A DNA stretch of 63,384 bases, the filler included, from Reclinomonas americana ATCC 50394 (taxonomy: Eukaryota), in the NCBI GenBank assembly GCA_048213135.1. It is 3 parts of 3 records of this genome, joined end to end, with 100 filler letters (N's around TTAATTAATTAA, not from the genome) between each part and the next. Parts side by side here need not be neighbours in the genome. Positions count along the whole stretch, not along the records: positions 1 to 27,835 come from PS015177.1; 2 more parts are not named here. One strand, given 5' to 3'. Below, one piece after another: positions 11,668-24,600 of the stretch (position 1 is the first letter of the stretch; every line of letters begins with the position of its first letter). Below the pieces are notes generated by a model that saw only the letters and a list, made by a program, of their open reading frames with translations, was not told the DNA's origin and did not search any database. Both the position numbers and the translations under genes were made by a program.

Positions 11668-12219
11668 ACAGTGCAGGTCGTTGACGATCTGCATGCAAAG
11701 CCTTCCGGATCTACGTCGGTGAGATAGTGCGTCAATCGACACTTTCTTGATGATTCATGCATGTACAACGCGCCTCGTAGCGTCGCGAATCGATGAATAA
11801 ATGATAGCGCGCAATGTGGCAACGCACAACATGCAGGTGGCCTTGCAATTACCAGCCAGCACAAGGTCGCACGTGATCGGACACTTCGATATCTTTCTGC
11901 CTCAGCTTCTCCGCTCAAGCTACCAGCTTCCTACTTCTCACATTCTCCTCTCTCACATAATCACTCTCATTTACCTCGGAACAACTTGCACTCTTTTCTC
12001 GTTGGAACAAACGGCATGATGCGCGACGTCGCACGTGCCCGATTGATCAACGGACATCAATATGACAAACCTCCGATTTCTCTCGTGTTGAAACGCACAG
12101 AGACACACATACTCGCACAGCCTTGATTGGTGTTTACAGAGGGAAAAAGAAGAAAAGCGTGCGCGTGACTGCACGAGAAGCAAGGAGAAAAGAGAAAGAA
12201 AAGAAAAACTTGACAAATC

Positions 12220-15200
12220 ATGTCGGGCGATAGTGTGCACGTCGCTGTGCGTGTGCGCCCTTTCAATGAGCGTGAGATCAACATGGGAGTTGCGTCTCTT
12301 ACACACACACACTCACACACATACACACACACGCGGACACGAAAGAGAAAAGAGTGAGTGAGTGGCGCGTGTCTGCTCACTAGGTTGACATCGCACACAC
12401 ACACACTCTCTCCTCCTTTCTCTCTCTCTCTCACANNNNNNNNNNNNNNNNNNNNAGGAGGAGGAGGAGGAGAAGGAGGAGGAAGGAGAGAGGCTGTGAG
12501 GAGATAGAGAAGGAGAGGAAGACAAGGAGAAGAAGAAGAAGAGGAGGAAGAGGAGGAGGAGGAAGAGGAAGGAGAGAGAGGCTGCGAGGGCAGGAGAGCG
12601 AGGCAAAGGAGAGCTCTGTGAGGGCAGAAGAGATGGGGTGTTGAAGACAGGAAGGAGAAGAGCTGAGAGAGGTAGAGCGTTACCTGGGTTGTCGGGGTTG
12701 AAAATGCGCGTGGTGACACCATCGGAGGGCATCTCGATGCACAAGTGAGCCTGCGGAAGCGATAAGAGAGAAAACATGAGTGAGTGTGATTGTTGGACAA
12801 CACAATGAGTTGTCGGTTGATGATTGTGAATGACTTTGACTTGGAAAGTGAGTGTGCGTGTGTGTGACTGAGTGTGTGTGTGNNNNNNNNNNNNNNNNNN
12901 NNNNNNNNNNNNNNNNNNNNNNNNNNNNNNNNNNNNNNNNNNNNNNNNNNNNNNNNNNNNNNNNNNNNNNNNNNNNNNNNNNNNNNNNNNNNNNNNNNNN
13001 NNNNNNNNNNNNNNNNNNNNNNNNNNNNNNNNNNNNNNNNNNNNNNNNNNNNNNNNNNNNNNNNNNNNNNNNNNNNNNNNNNNNNNNNNNNNNNNNNNNN
13101 NNNNNNNNNNNNNNNNNNNNNNNNNNNNNNNNNNNNNNNNNNNNNNNNNNNNNNNNNNNNNNNNNNNNNNNNNNNNNNNNNNNNNNNNNNNNNNNNNNNN
13201 NNNNNNNNNNNNNNNNNNNNNNNNNNNNNNNNNNNNNNNNNNNNNNNNNNNNNNNNNNNNNNNNNNNNNNNNNNNNNNNNNNNNNNNNNNNNNNNNNNNN
13301 NNNNNNNNNNNNNNNNNNNNNNNNNNNNNNNNNNNNNNNNNNNNNNNNNNNNNNNNNNNNNNNNNNNNNNNNNNNNNNNNNNNNNNNNNNNNNNNNNNNN
13401 NNNNNNNNNNNNNNNNNNNNNNNNNNNNNNNNNNNNNNNNNNNNNNNNNNNNNNNNNNNNNNNNNNNNNNNNNNNNNNNNNNNNNNNNNNNNNNNNNNNN
13501 NNNNNNNNNNNNNNNNNNNNNNNNNNNNNNNNNNNNNNNNNNNNNNNNNNNNNNNNNNNNNNNNNNNNNNNNNNNNNNNNNNNNNNNNNNNNNNNNNNNN
13601 NNNNNNNNNNNNNNNNNNNNNNNNNNNNNNNNNNNNNNNNNNNNNNNNNNNNNNNNNNNNNNNNNNNNNNNNNNNNNNNNNNNNNNNNNNNNNNNNNNNN
13701 NNNNNNNNNNNNNNNNNNNNNNNNNNNNNNNNNNNNNNNNNNNNNNNNNNNNNNNNNNNNNNNNNNNNNNNNNNNNNNNNNNNNNNNNNNNNNNNNNNNN
13801 NNNNNNNNNNNNNNNNNNNNNNNNNNNNNNNNNNNNNNNNNNNNNNNNNNNNNNNNNNNNNNNNNNNNNNNNNNNCTCCTTCTCTTCCTCCTCCTCCTCA
13901 TCTTCCTCTTCTTCTTCTCCTTGTCCTCCTCCTCTTCCTTCTCCTCCTTCTCCTCCTCCTCCTCCATCTCCTCTCTCCCTCCTCACCCTGCCTTCCTATC
14001 CCGTTCTCACTCCCTCGTGCCTCCAGAGGAACCACCTCGCAGCTTTGTGTTTGACCACTCGTACTGGAGCCACGATCCGGCGAGCGGGGCGTTTGCCAAC
14101 CAAGACAAGGTCTTCAACGATCTCGGAACGCTGGTGCTCGATAATGCCGTCGCCGGCTTCAACAGCTCGTTGTTTGCCTATGGGCAGGTGCGTGTAAGTG
14201 GGGAAAGAGAGACTGTTGCCTTGTCGTGATGTGCTCACTGGTTGTTGTTGTTGTTGTTGTAGACTGGCTCTGGCAAGTCGTACAGTATGGTCGGCTACGG
14301 TCCCGATCGTGGTATCATTCCGAGGGTTCGTCTTTGTGTATGTAAGCGATGTGTGACTTGCCTGTCGCTGATGATTTGGTGCGTGATCAGGCGTGCGAGG
14401 ATCTCTTCCGACGCATCAACGCCAACGGGAACCCCAACCTCGATTTCCGAGTCGGTTTGTGCATGTGTGCTGCACTTTGTTTTCCACCTCTCCTCTCACC
14501 CATCCATCCCCCACCAGAATGCTCCATGATGGAAATCTACAATGAGCAATGTCGCGATCTGCTCGACCCCTCAGCAAAGAAGGTATTGCAGACACAACCA
14601 TTGTCTTCACGCCAGCAAATCACTCACTTGTCTGCACGCAGGGCGCCCTCCGTGTGCGTGAGCACCCCAAGACCGGCCCCTACGTTGCGTCCGTCTTTTT
14701 TCCTTCTTCCTCCAGCTGTTCACTCACGTTCCCCTTTTTCCTCGTCTAGGTGGAGGACCTGTCATTGCTGCTCGTCGAAGACTACCAGCAAATCGAGCGT
14801 GCCATGGAGGAGGGCTCCAAGGCCCGTACCATTGGCTCCACCAACATGAACAAGACCTCGTCGCGTGCGCACACCCTCTTCCAGATCATCTTCACGGTGA
14901 CGGAGACGGATCCGGTGGTGAAGAAGTCACACAACACAGTCTCCAAGATCAACCTGGTCGATCTGGCCGGTAGTGAGCGTGCCAACGCCACCGGCGCCAC
15001 GGGCGATCGTTTGAAGGTTCCTTCGCCAAGCATTCCGTCTGTACAAGCAATCGTGGCACTCATCATTCTCTTCTCTCTCTCTCTCTTCCCTCTCCTCCCT
15101 CTCCTCCCTCTCCTCCCTCTCCTCCCTCTCCTCCCTCNNNNNNNNNNNNNNNNNNNNNNNNNNNNNNNNNNNNNNNNNNNNNNNNNNNNNNNNNNNNNNN

Positions 15201-18200
15201 NNNNNNNNNNNNNNNNNNNNNNNNNNNNNNNNNNNNNNNNNNNNNNNNNNNNNNNNNNNNNNNNNNNNNNNNNNNNNNNNNNNNNNNNNNNNNNNNNNNN
15301 NNNNNNNNNNNNNNNNNNNNNNNNNNNNNNNNNNNNNNNNNNNNNNNNNNNNNNNNNNNNNNNNNNNNNNNNNNNNNNNNNNNNNNNNNNNNNNNNNNNN
15401 NNNNNNNNNNNNNNNNNNNNNNNNNNNNNNNNNNNNNNNNNNNNNNNNNNNNNNNNNNNNNNNNNNNNNNNNNNNNNNNNNNNNNNNNNNNNNNNNNNNN
15501 NNNNNNNNNNNNNNNNNNNNNNNNNNNNNNNNNNNNNNNNNNNNNNNNNNNNNNNNNNNNNNNNNNNNNNNNNNNNNNNNNNNNNNNNNNNNNNNNNNNN
15601 NNNNNNNNNNNNNNNNNNNNNNNNNNNNNNNNNNNNNNNNNNNNNNNNNNCCTCTTCCTCTTCCCTCTTCCTCTTCCCTCTTCCCTCTTCCCTCTTCCCT
15701 CTTCCCTCTTCCCTCTTCCCTCTCCCCTCTCCCTCTCCCTCTCCCTTTCTCCTCACAGGAAGGATGCGCCATTAACCAGTCGCTCACCAGTCTCGGTAAG
15801 GTCATTCACGCTCTGGCCGAGAAGGCCAACGGCAAGGGCAAGGTTCGCACGCCTTTTTCCCTTCCTCCTTTCCTCCTTTCCACCTCCTTCTCACCCCCCC
15901 CCCTCTTCCTCACACAGGTGGTAGTGCCGTACCGTGAGTCGGTGCTGACGTGGCTGCTGAAGGAGTCGCTCGGCGGTAACGCGCGTACCATTATGATTGC
16001 TGCGCTGTCGCCCGCCTCGGTCAACTACGACGAGACGCTGTCGACGCTGCGCTACGCCAACTCGGCCAAGCAGATTCGCAACTGCGCCGTCAAGAACGAG
16101 GACCCGCAAGCCAAGCTCATTCGCGAGCTGCGCGAGGAAATTGACCGCCTCAAGGCTCAGCTCGGCAGTTCGTAACACCTCTTCTTCTCTTTTATTTTTC
16201 GACCCTCCAGCTCAATGCACCCGTCTTTAGCAGGTGGCGCAAGCGGCGGTGCGAGTTCGTCGAGCGGCAGCGGTGGAGCTCCTGACGAGGTCAATGCTCT
16301 GCGCGACCAGCTGTTGCAGTCGGAGAAGATTATTGAGCAGCTGCGCATGACCACGGACGAGCGCCGTGCTCTGACTCACGCCATCAACAACAACCGTGAG
16401 CAGCAGTTTGCCGAGGTGCGTCTGAACGGAGTTGATGGCATGCGAGAGATAATAGCATGTCTCACAGCGTGATTTGTTTTTCTCGATCACAGGCTGGTCT
16501 GCTGTCGCTGGGCGGCGACCCGAAGACCACGCCGCACCTCGTCAACCTGAACGAGGACCCGCTGATGTCGGAGAGTCTGATTTACTTTATCAAGGAATCC
16601 GGTGCCACGGTGATTGGCAAGAAGACTGAGGTAAGTCGCTCAATACTTTTGTTCTTCACAGTTTTGAGATGATGCTAATCAAGTTGCCTTCTTCTCGCAG
16701 GCTTCGATGGTCGACATTGAGCTCAGCGGCGTGTCCATTAGCGCGCAGCACTGTCAGATTGTGTCCGAGGAGGGCGAGTGCTACATTGAGGCGCTGACCT
16801 CCGAGGAAAAGTACAAGACATTTGTCAACGGCAAGCGTGTGGAGCAGCGCACTCCCATTACGCAGGTACGTCGTCGTGCTCGCTCTGTGCGTGTCTCTGA
16901 AGTGCATGTGCACTCACGGTGGTGGGAGTGAACAGGGCACGCGTATCATTATCGGTACCAACCACGTGTTCCGCTTCAACCATCCGGTGCACGCGGCGCG
17001 TTTGAAGGCCGAGCGCGAGGCACGCGGTGGCGAGGAGGCTGCCAAGGAGCCGGAGACGTTTGACTGGGACTACGCGCAAAAGGTCTGTTCTGCAGCTCTT
17101 GCTCGCCATGTGAAGGTTATGTGTGTGGCTCACTGGGCGGTCTGGTGACCTCCGTGTACAGGAATTGCTGAAGGAGCAAGGTTTCGTCGATCCCGAGGAG
17201 CTGCAGCGCCAGATCATGGAGGAGAAGGAGAAGGCGCGTCATGCTCTCGAGGAGGAGATGAAACGCAAGCTGCAGCAGCAGGAGGCCGAGATGAAGATCA
17301 AGGAGGATGAGATGCGCAAGGCGTTTGAGGCCGAGATGGCGAACAAGGCCAACTCGCAAGAGGAGCTGGTTCGATGACGCGAGAAACGCTCCGTGTATTT
17401 TCCCGTCGTTGTTGCTAACACCGCCCAATACAACACACAGAACAAGCTCGAGGAGCAATTCAAGCGCCAGCAAAAGGAGCTGGAGGAGAAGAACCGCAAG
17501 CTGGAAGAGGACTTGAAGAACCAGCAAGTTACACAGATGCGCATTGAGGAGCAGAAGGCGCAGGAGAAGATGGAGCGCACGCGCGCCGAGGAGAAGCTGC
17601 TCAAGGTTTGCGTCGAGAGAGCGTCCCCTCGCTCTTCTCCGATTCGGAGTTCTTACGTGACTCGCCACAGCTCATCCCGTTGGTGCAAACGGCCAATGCG
17701 TGGGCCGAGGAACTGCGCCGACCGGTGCGCTTCGAGACGCGCATGAAGGCCAATGCCGAGAGCATTGCTGGCGGCTCGCTGGCTGGCGGCTTCACGTTTG
17801 GCCGACGAGTGCGTCCTGAATGAGTTGTTTTTGTGTTGCCTCGTCTTCATTCGCTAACTGGTGCGTGTGTGTCTGCAGGCGGAAGTGTGCGTCGACGTGC
17901 ACAAGCTGTGGTGCGACAACGTGGCCACCTGGGCATACGACAAGTTCGAGAACCGCTACTACCTCATGCAGCAGACCTACGAAGCCGTGACCGAGGCCAT
18001 TCGCAACGGCACGCCATACAACCTGCCGCTGGCCGAGGACCCGTTCTACGACCCGCCTGAGCATCAGGTCATTGGCACGGCCATGGTGTACCTGCGCTTT
18101 GTGGCGCACAATATGGACATTTCGGAGACGTACCCACTCATTCAGGGCACGAAGGACAAGGGCACGCTGTCTGTGGAAATGTTGCGTCTCCACTCTCCTC

Positions 18201-19563
18201 CTCCCTTGTCTTCCCTCTGTGCTATCCAGCGACTGACGATGATGACCGCAGTACGCCGGTAACACCCGACGGTGATACCGACGGAGTGGAGATGGTGGAG
18301 GAACCCAAGGAGCTTATTGGCCAGCGCATTGACTTTGACTTGAAGGTGCACTCGGCAGCCGGCCTGGATCCGCAGTTGGCCAACGATGTGTACGTGTCGT
18401 ACAAGTTCTACCTGGACGACAGGGAGCATGCGACCAAGGTTCGTGTGTGTGTGTGTGTGTGCGTGTGCATCAGAGTTTATCGCGGCGGTGCTCACTGCGT
18501 TGGTGAGCAGCAAGTGCAAGGCACCAACCCGACATTCGACCACTCGGAGCACTTCACGTTCGATCCGGTCACCGAGGGTCTCATCGAGTACCTGTTTGAG
18601 AGTGCGGTGGTGTTCCAGCTGTGGGGTCACGTGCAAGAGTCGTCCACGCCGTCCGAGATTCGCGTCAATATGGATGGCGCGACTGTCGGCAGCGACATTG
18701 CGATTGTGCAGGCACCAAGTGCGTCGCCCGCGTGATGCATGTGGTCCACTCATGGGTCTGACACTGGAATGTTTTGTTGTGCAGGCTCCGCACAAAACTC
18801 GTCTCGCAACGGACCCCGCCACCAGGCCGTGTCATCGGTCGGCGGTGTGGGGGCCCTGGCAGCTGCGGAGGAGAAGCGCAAGCTGGATATGGAGCGCGAG
18901 CAGCTGAAGAAGGAGAAGGGTGCGTGTGGTGTGATGTCGTCGACTTGGGGAACTCACTGTCCTCACCCCTCTCTGTGATATGTAGAGCGTCTTGAGGCCG
19001 ATCGCCGCGAAGTCGAAGAAGCCAAGAAACGAGCCAGTGAGTCGGGTGCGCGCGGCCCAAAGCTGCATCGCTCTGTTGTGTTGCACACTGCTGACCCATT
19101 CTTCGTCTCCTTGCTCAGCTGCCGCCGCCGAGGCCAGTGCCAAGCAGGTGCACTTTGTGCCGCAGCCGGCGCCAGCAGAAGTGCCCGAGGATGTGGTGCG
19201 TTTACTGGACACTCTATCTCTTTCCGTCACTCTCTGCCTCGATCTTCTCTCAACCCTCCCCTCNNNNNNNNNNNNNNNNNNNNTTTCGTTCTCAGTGTTA
19301 CATGACAGAGCAGGCCTTGGACTTGCCGACGCCGCCAAAGTCGAGGCTGCTGGACGGTGAACCGGGCACGGCGACGGCTGCGGGAGCGGTGGCGGCCGCT
19401 GCGGGCGAGGCCGGGGTGCCGATCTTGCTCGTGCCTTGGGCGGCGAGCTGAGCGCGCAGCGCGGCGAGCTCGGCTTCCAGTCGTGCGCGTGCCTCCATGG
19501 CTTCGCGTGCCTCGCGTTCCTTGGTGGCTGCACGCTCCTCGGCGTCGCGCAGACGACGTGCCT
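12220..19563 (+). CDS. Kinesin-3 (KIF28/KLP6-like): motor, FHA, coiled coil, C2-like region, C-terminal CaaX. Exon 2 (12750-12684) and the last exon (19561-19298) lie on the minus strand in this assembly
   Basis: [102 protein letters not shown]; tail KSKACSVM*. Confidence 0.93.
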
Positions 19564-20462
19564 NNNNNNNNNNNNNNNNNNNNNNNNNNNNNNNNNNNNN
19601 NNNNNNNNNNNNNNNNNNNNNNNNNNNNNNNNNNNNNNNNNNNNNNNNNNNNNNNNNNNNNNNNNNNNNNNNNNNNNNNNNNNNNNNNNNNNNNNNNNNN
19701 NNNNNNNNNNNNNNNNNNNNNNNNNNNNNNNNNNNNNNNNNNNNNNNNNNNNNNNNNNNNNNNNNNNNNNNNNNNNNNNNNNNNNNNNNNNNNNNNNNNN
19801 NNNNNNNNNNNNNNNNNNNNNNNNNNNNNNNNNNNNNNNNNNNNNNNNNNNNNNNNNNNNNNNNNNNNNNNNNNNNNNNNNNNNNNNNNNNNNNNNNNNN
19901 NNNNNNNNNNNNNNNNNNNNNNNNNNNNNNNNNNNNNNNNNNNNNNNNNNNNNNNNNNNNNNNNNNNNNNNNNNNNNNNNNNNNNNNNNNNNNNNNNNNN
20001 NNNNNNNNNNNNNNNNNNNNNNNNNNNNNNNNNNNNNNNNNNNNNNNNNNNNNNNNNNNNNNNNNNNNNNNNNNNNNNNNNNNNNNNNNNNNNNNNNNNN
20101 NNNNNNNNNNNNNNNNNNNNNNNNNNNNNNNNNNNNNNNNNNNNNNNNNNNNNNNNNNNNNNNNNNNNNNNNNNNNNNNNNNNNNNNNNNNNNNNNNNNN
20201 NNNNNNNNNNNNNNNNNNNNNNNNNNNNNNNNNNNNNNNNNNNNNNNNNNNNNNNNNNNNNNNNNNNNNNNNNNNNNNNNNNNNNNNNNNNNNNNNNNNN
20301 NNNNNNNNNNNNNNNNNNNNNNNNNNNNNNNNNNNNNNNNNNNNNNNNNNNNNNNNNNNNNNNNNNNNNNNNNNNNNNNNNNGAGGAGGAAGGAGAGGAG
20401 AGAACGAAAAATACTGTTGTGAATATTCCGATCATTGATTGCTTGTATTCATTCATCGTTTC

Positions 20463-21491
20463 ATGCGCGCTGTTGTTGTTGCTGTTGCTGTGAGTGCTGT
20501 CGCTCTTTTGCTCTCTGTGCTCATGGCATCGGCTGCACTGAAGTTGGAGATTGATCCGTCGCAAATCAAGATTGTGTTGCGTGGAGTCCAGAGGTCACTC
20601 TCTCTGTCTTTGCGCTCATTGTTATTATTGTCACACAGTGGATGTTACGCGGAGAAGAGAGCGTGTGTGTGTGTGAGTGAGTGTGTGGAGAGTGCTCACA
20701 TTGATCAACATGCAGATCATCATCACATCTACTATCTTCCGCTCAATGATGGTCCGTTCTTTCCTGCTCTCTCTTGTCTCTCTCACTCTGTCAATGACCT
20801 TGCTTGTGAAATACAGCATCTCGTGCAACGGCGTATGCCTTGCGTGAGAAGGCCATTGCGCTGTTCCCGTATGCGCACTGGGATGAGGTTTCTGCAGTCG
20901 TGTTGTTGACTGAGTGGGAGGGGGTCAGTGACTGACTGTGTGTTCGCGCAGTCGCCCTTCCATGATGGACCTGTCGGACCGCACACGCTGCCCATGGTAC
21001 ACCGTCCCCACTTGCACTGTCTCTCCTGTGTGCCTCCTGCTTGCTCACCACTGCTTCTCCACACATACAGTTCAACATTGACATTCGGTGACGACTTGTC
21101 TTTCTTCCTTCCCTCCTTCTGTCCGTTCCCTCATCGACGATACGCTGTGTTTGGTGTGCAGCGACGATGTTCCGCGCGATGTGTGGCAGATTGTGTACGA
21201 CTGGTGTGCGCTGAACCGCGGCGACTTCTCCGTGCTCATTCACCCACTGACGGACCCGTTCAACCACACGATTGAGATCCTGCAGGTTTTGTTGTGCTTT
21301 CCTCTCCCCTCTGTTGCCCTCACGCTTGCCTGTCTCATCTCACTCCCTGTTGTTGTCGTTTACAGCACACGCAATGGGTGCGTCCTGCCTGCACAGCTCG
21401 TTCTGCTCTTTCTCTCTCTATCTCACGTGTTTTTTGTGCACAGGCGTCGTGGATGGGCGACAAGGTGCCGCTGGACATTGCCAATCTGTGA
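20463..21491 (+). CDS. DOPA 4,5-dioxygenase-family protein with N-terminal signal peptide
   Basis: HxHIYY, GPVGPHTLPMF, WCALNRGDFSVLIHP, HTQWASWMGDKVPLD motifs; hydrophobic N-terminus MRAVVVAVAVSAVALLLSVLMASAA. Splicing around 20594-20715 is ambiguous. Confidence 0.8.
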
Positions 21492-21629
21492 AGCGCGTCA
21501 ACGATTACACGGCATTCGTTTATTCTTAACGCACAGTCACGGCGCCGGCTGGGTTCCCGTTTTCAACAAAACACAAACATTAAATTACACATATCCACCA
21601 CTCTCAGCGCAGAGAGCGGGGGGTTTTTT

Positions 21630-24600
21630 CTAAGCGCGTGCCACCTCCAGTGCCTGCAACAGTTTCTCCACCAGGGTTCGCTTGTCCGAGTAACCGGGAA
21701 TGGTGAGCAGGCGGAAGGCAGGCATGGCTGTGGGCAGCCGGTCACAGCCATTGTCGGTAAACACCACCTTCATGTGCCTGGACAACGAGGGGAGAGAGAG
21801 GGAGAGGTGAGCACGGCGACGCTAAACCCAGCAAGCGCGATGACAACAGGAACACTGACCGCTCCATGTAACCCCACGGCTCCGGCAACCTCGGCATACC
21901 CGACACGAAACGCAAAAGCAGACTCAAAATCGTCGAGTCGCACTCGAACAGGAACTGCATCGTGCGTGAGCCAGCTGCCACAGCAATTCTCCATGACGAA
22001 CACACACACACGCACGCACTCACCTCGTCAAACCACGACATGATCTCTGGGTGCGGATTGCCCAGCGGCACCTTGCGCATGTTGTCCAGCAGCGCCGCCG
22101 CGTGCACGTGCCGCGAGCCCTCCAGCGCCACTGCAATGTCGCATCCCTGCAAGGACGACAGGGCGCGATCGACCGGCGCAATGCAGCCGAGTGCCTCACG
22201 CAGCTTCTCGTAGGCACGCCAGCGACTCGTGCCACCCACCAAATACTCGTAAATCATGACAATGACTGCGAGCTCGGCACCGACGCCTGTGGACACAAAA
22301 AGGTGAGTGGGTGAGAAGGTGTGACAGGCTGCAACGCCAACGCAACGAGTAGTCATGTCAAATCTCTCGCCGCACACCACGGGCGACGGTGGCAGGAATT
22401 CCTCCGGGTGCTCGTGGCGCAGGCCCCATCGCAGGTTGCGGGCCATGGACGGATCTGTCGGATGCAGTTGCATTGTGAGCAAGAGGGGAAGCGTGGAAGA
22501 GGAGGTGCGCACTACAACCCACCAAACGAGTCGAGGTCGCGCAGCCACATGGCCAGCTGCTGCTCGCGCCACGACGCTGGCTTGGCCTGCAATGGCGACG
22601 AGGGAGGATGAGCACAGAACCGCAGCACGTGCGAGCACAGCTACTCACAATCAAATCGGCAACCGAGGTCAAATCATCGTTGCCGAGCCGCTGGCGTCTG
22701 CCATACACGGCCTCGTAGACCACCGGATGCAGCGACACCGAGGCCGAGCCAAAGTGCAGCACCGAGTAAATGATCATGTGGCCGATGCCTGCAAACACAC
22801 ACACGCACCTCAGTAAGTGATCTTGGAAGAGAGCGAACACAATGAATGCGCGCTCACTCACCCTTCCACACTCGCACAAACTCGCGGTCACCGAGATTCG
22901 TGTCCGCCTGCCGCGCAATGACACATAACGAGCCGTCTTCGACGTCGCTGTAGACCACCAATTTGCTCTCGCGCAGCTGATCAAAGAACGCCGTGACCAG
23001 ATTGACGGGCTTGGCAAACGTCTCGCCAGTAAAGTCCACCCGCCAGTCCTTCAACAGATCCTCGGGCTTCAAGTCGGCCGCCTGCTCCGCCATGTCGAAG
23101 AGAAGAGAGCGGCGCGACACGGTTACCAAGTGCAATTCCTGTGCGCCGGAAACACAGAGACATGAGCACGCAGTCGCAGACGCCACGAAAAATGTGGGGC
23201 AGACAGACCTTGGAGGCCATGGCTCTCGAGGATTCGGAGAGAACACGACGCAGCTCGGCCAGACGCGATGCCGCCGTCATCAGCGACGGGTGCCGCCGAT
23301 TGAGGTGCGGCGAGAAGTCAAACACAGGGTGCTTCAGTGCCTCGTGCACCGTCAGGCGCTCCACCGGATCCTGCACGCGAGCGTTATTGACACAGCCGGC
23401 GAACTGTAAAAGGAATACGCTGTACGCAACAGCCCACAGCAAGTGCTGAATGAGGTGAGTCAGGTGGCGATTCTCCAGCTGCGGCAGCAGCGGTTTGCCA
23501 TTGTGGTCGTGGTCGTACTTGGTCGGATCGAAAGAGCTGCCGTAGAACGCTTGACCCAGACACACGCCAATGGCGTACATGTCGGCGGACTGCGACCGCA
23601 AGGTGAGACAACAGCTGCTCGTTCACATTAAAAATGATGACACACTCACCGGTGCACATGCGTAGCCGGCTCGCACTTCGGGACTGCAGTAACGTGGCAT
23701 GGCGACGTAGGTGCGCAGCTTGTCGTTGCCCGACGAGTCCAGTGCCTCGAGCGCCGACTCCAGATTACATATTACAGGTCGCTCCTGTGTCATATAGCCA
23801 TGCACGAATCAGCCATCGCGCACCGACACCTCACTTCACAAAATAAGCGACGCAACATAGGTGTCGAACACAATGCTGGTGAGCTTGATGGCACGATGCA
23901 CAATGTCGAGGTTGTGCAGCGACGACAGCGCCGACAAAATGTCCCAGAAAGCTGCCACAACGGCGGAAGTAGGTCAGCACGTGCGTGCGTCAGTGAGCGA
24001 TATCAACGACGCACCTCGCAGCGCCTGCTGCTGGCCCTTTGGATTGCGCAGGTCGAGCTTCAGCAGGTAGTCCTCCATGGTGCCATTCGGGTACCATGGC
24101 TGCTGCAAGAAGAGCGCCGGTCCGTCCATGAAATAGCCACGCACGGCGGCCAAGCCACGGTGACGAGCGCGGTGCAGCATGGCCAGTTCTGCGAGTTGAA
24201 GCCACATAAGCATCGCTCTCTGTAGAGTATTATGGCCGTGCCACACAAACCCGAGTCCAGCTTCTTCTTGCGCGTCGCCGGATAGGCCTTTAGGCAAAAG
24301 TCTTCGTCGCCGAACGTCACGTGGAAGACGGTGCCGGCGGAAATCACCTCGACCAACTTGTAGTCGGCGAATCGGCGATCCAGCTCGAGTGCACCCGGTT
24401 GCGGTTGCACAGTCATCCCGCTGCCTACAGCAGGTGACGCGAGTGGGGTGGGCGGCATCAGATCGGTTCCCACATCGCTGCGCATGCGGTGGCGCAATGC
24501 CGTGTTGCGGTACACGGTGCGGATGACGAAATCGTCGTCGGAGAAGAGGTCGCCGAGTTGCATCATGTTGATGTACACGCACTTGTCGCAGAACAATTCG

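Noticed and set aside
12057-14229. Long ORFs spanning N gaps (also at 19.2-20.5, 28.8-31.6 and 37.4-38.8 kb)
   Set aside because: They are open only because N codons contain no stops.
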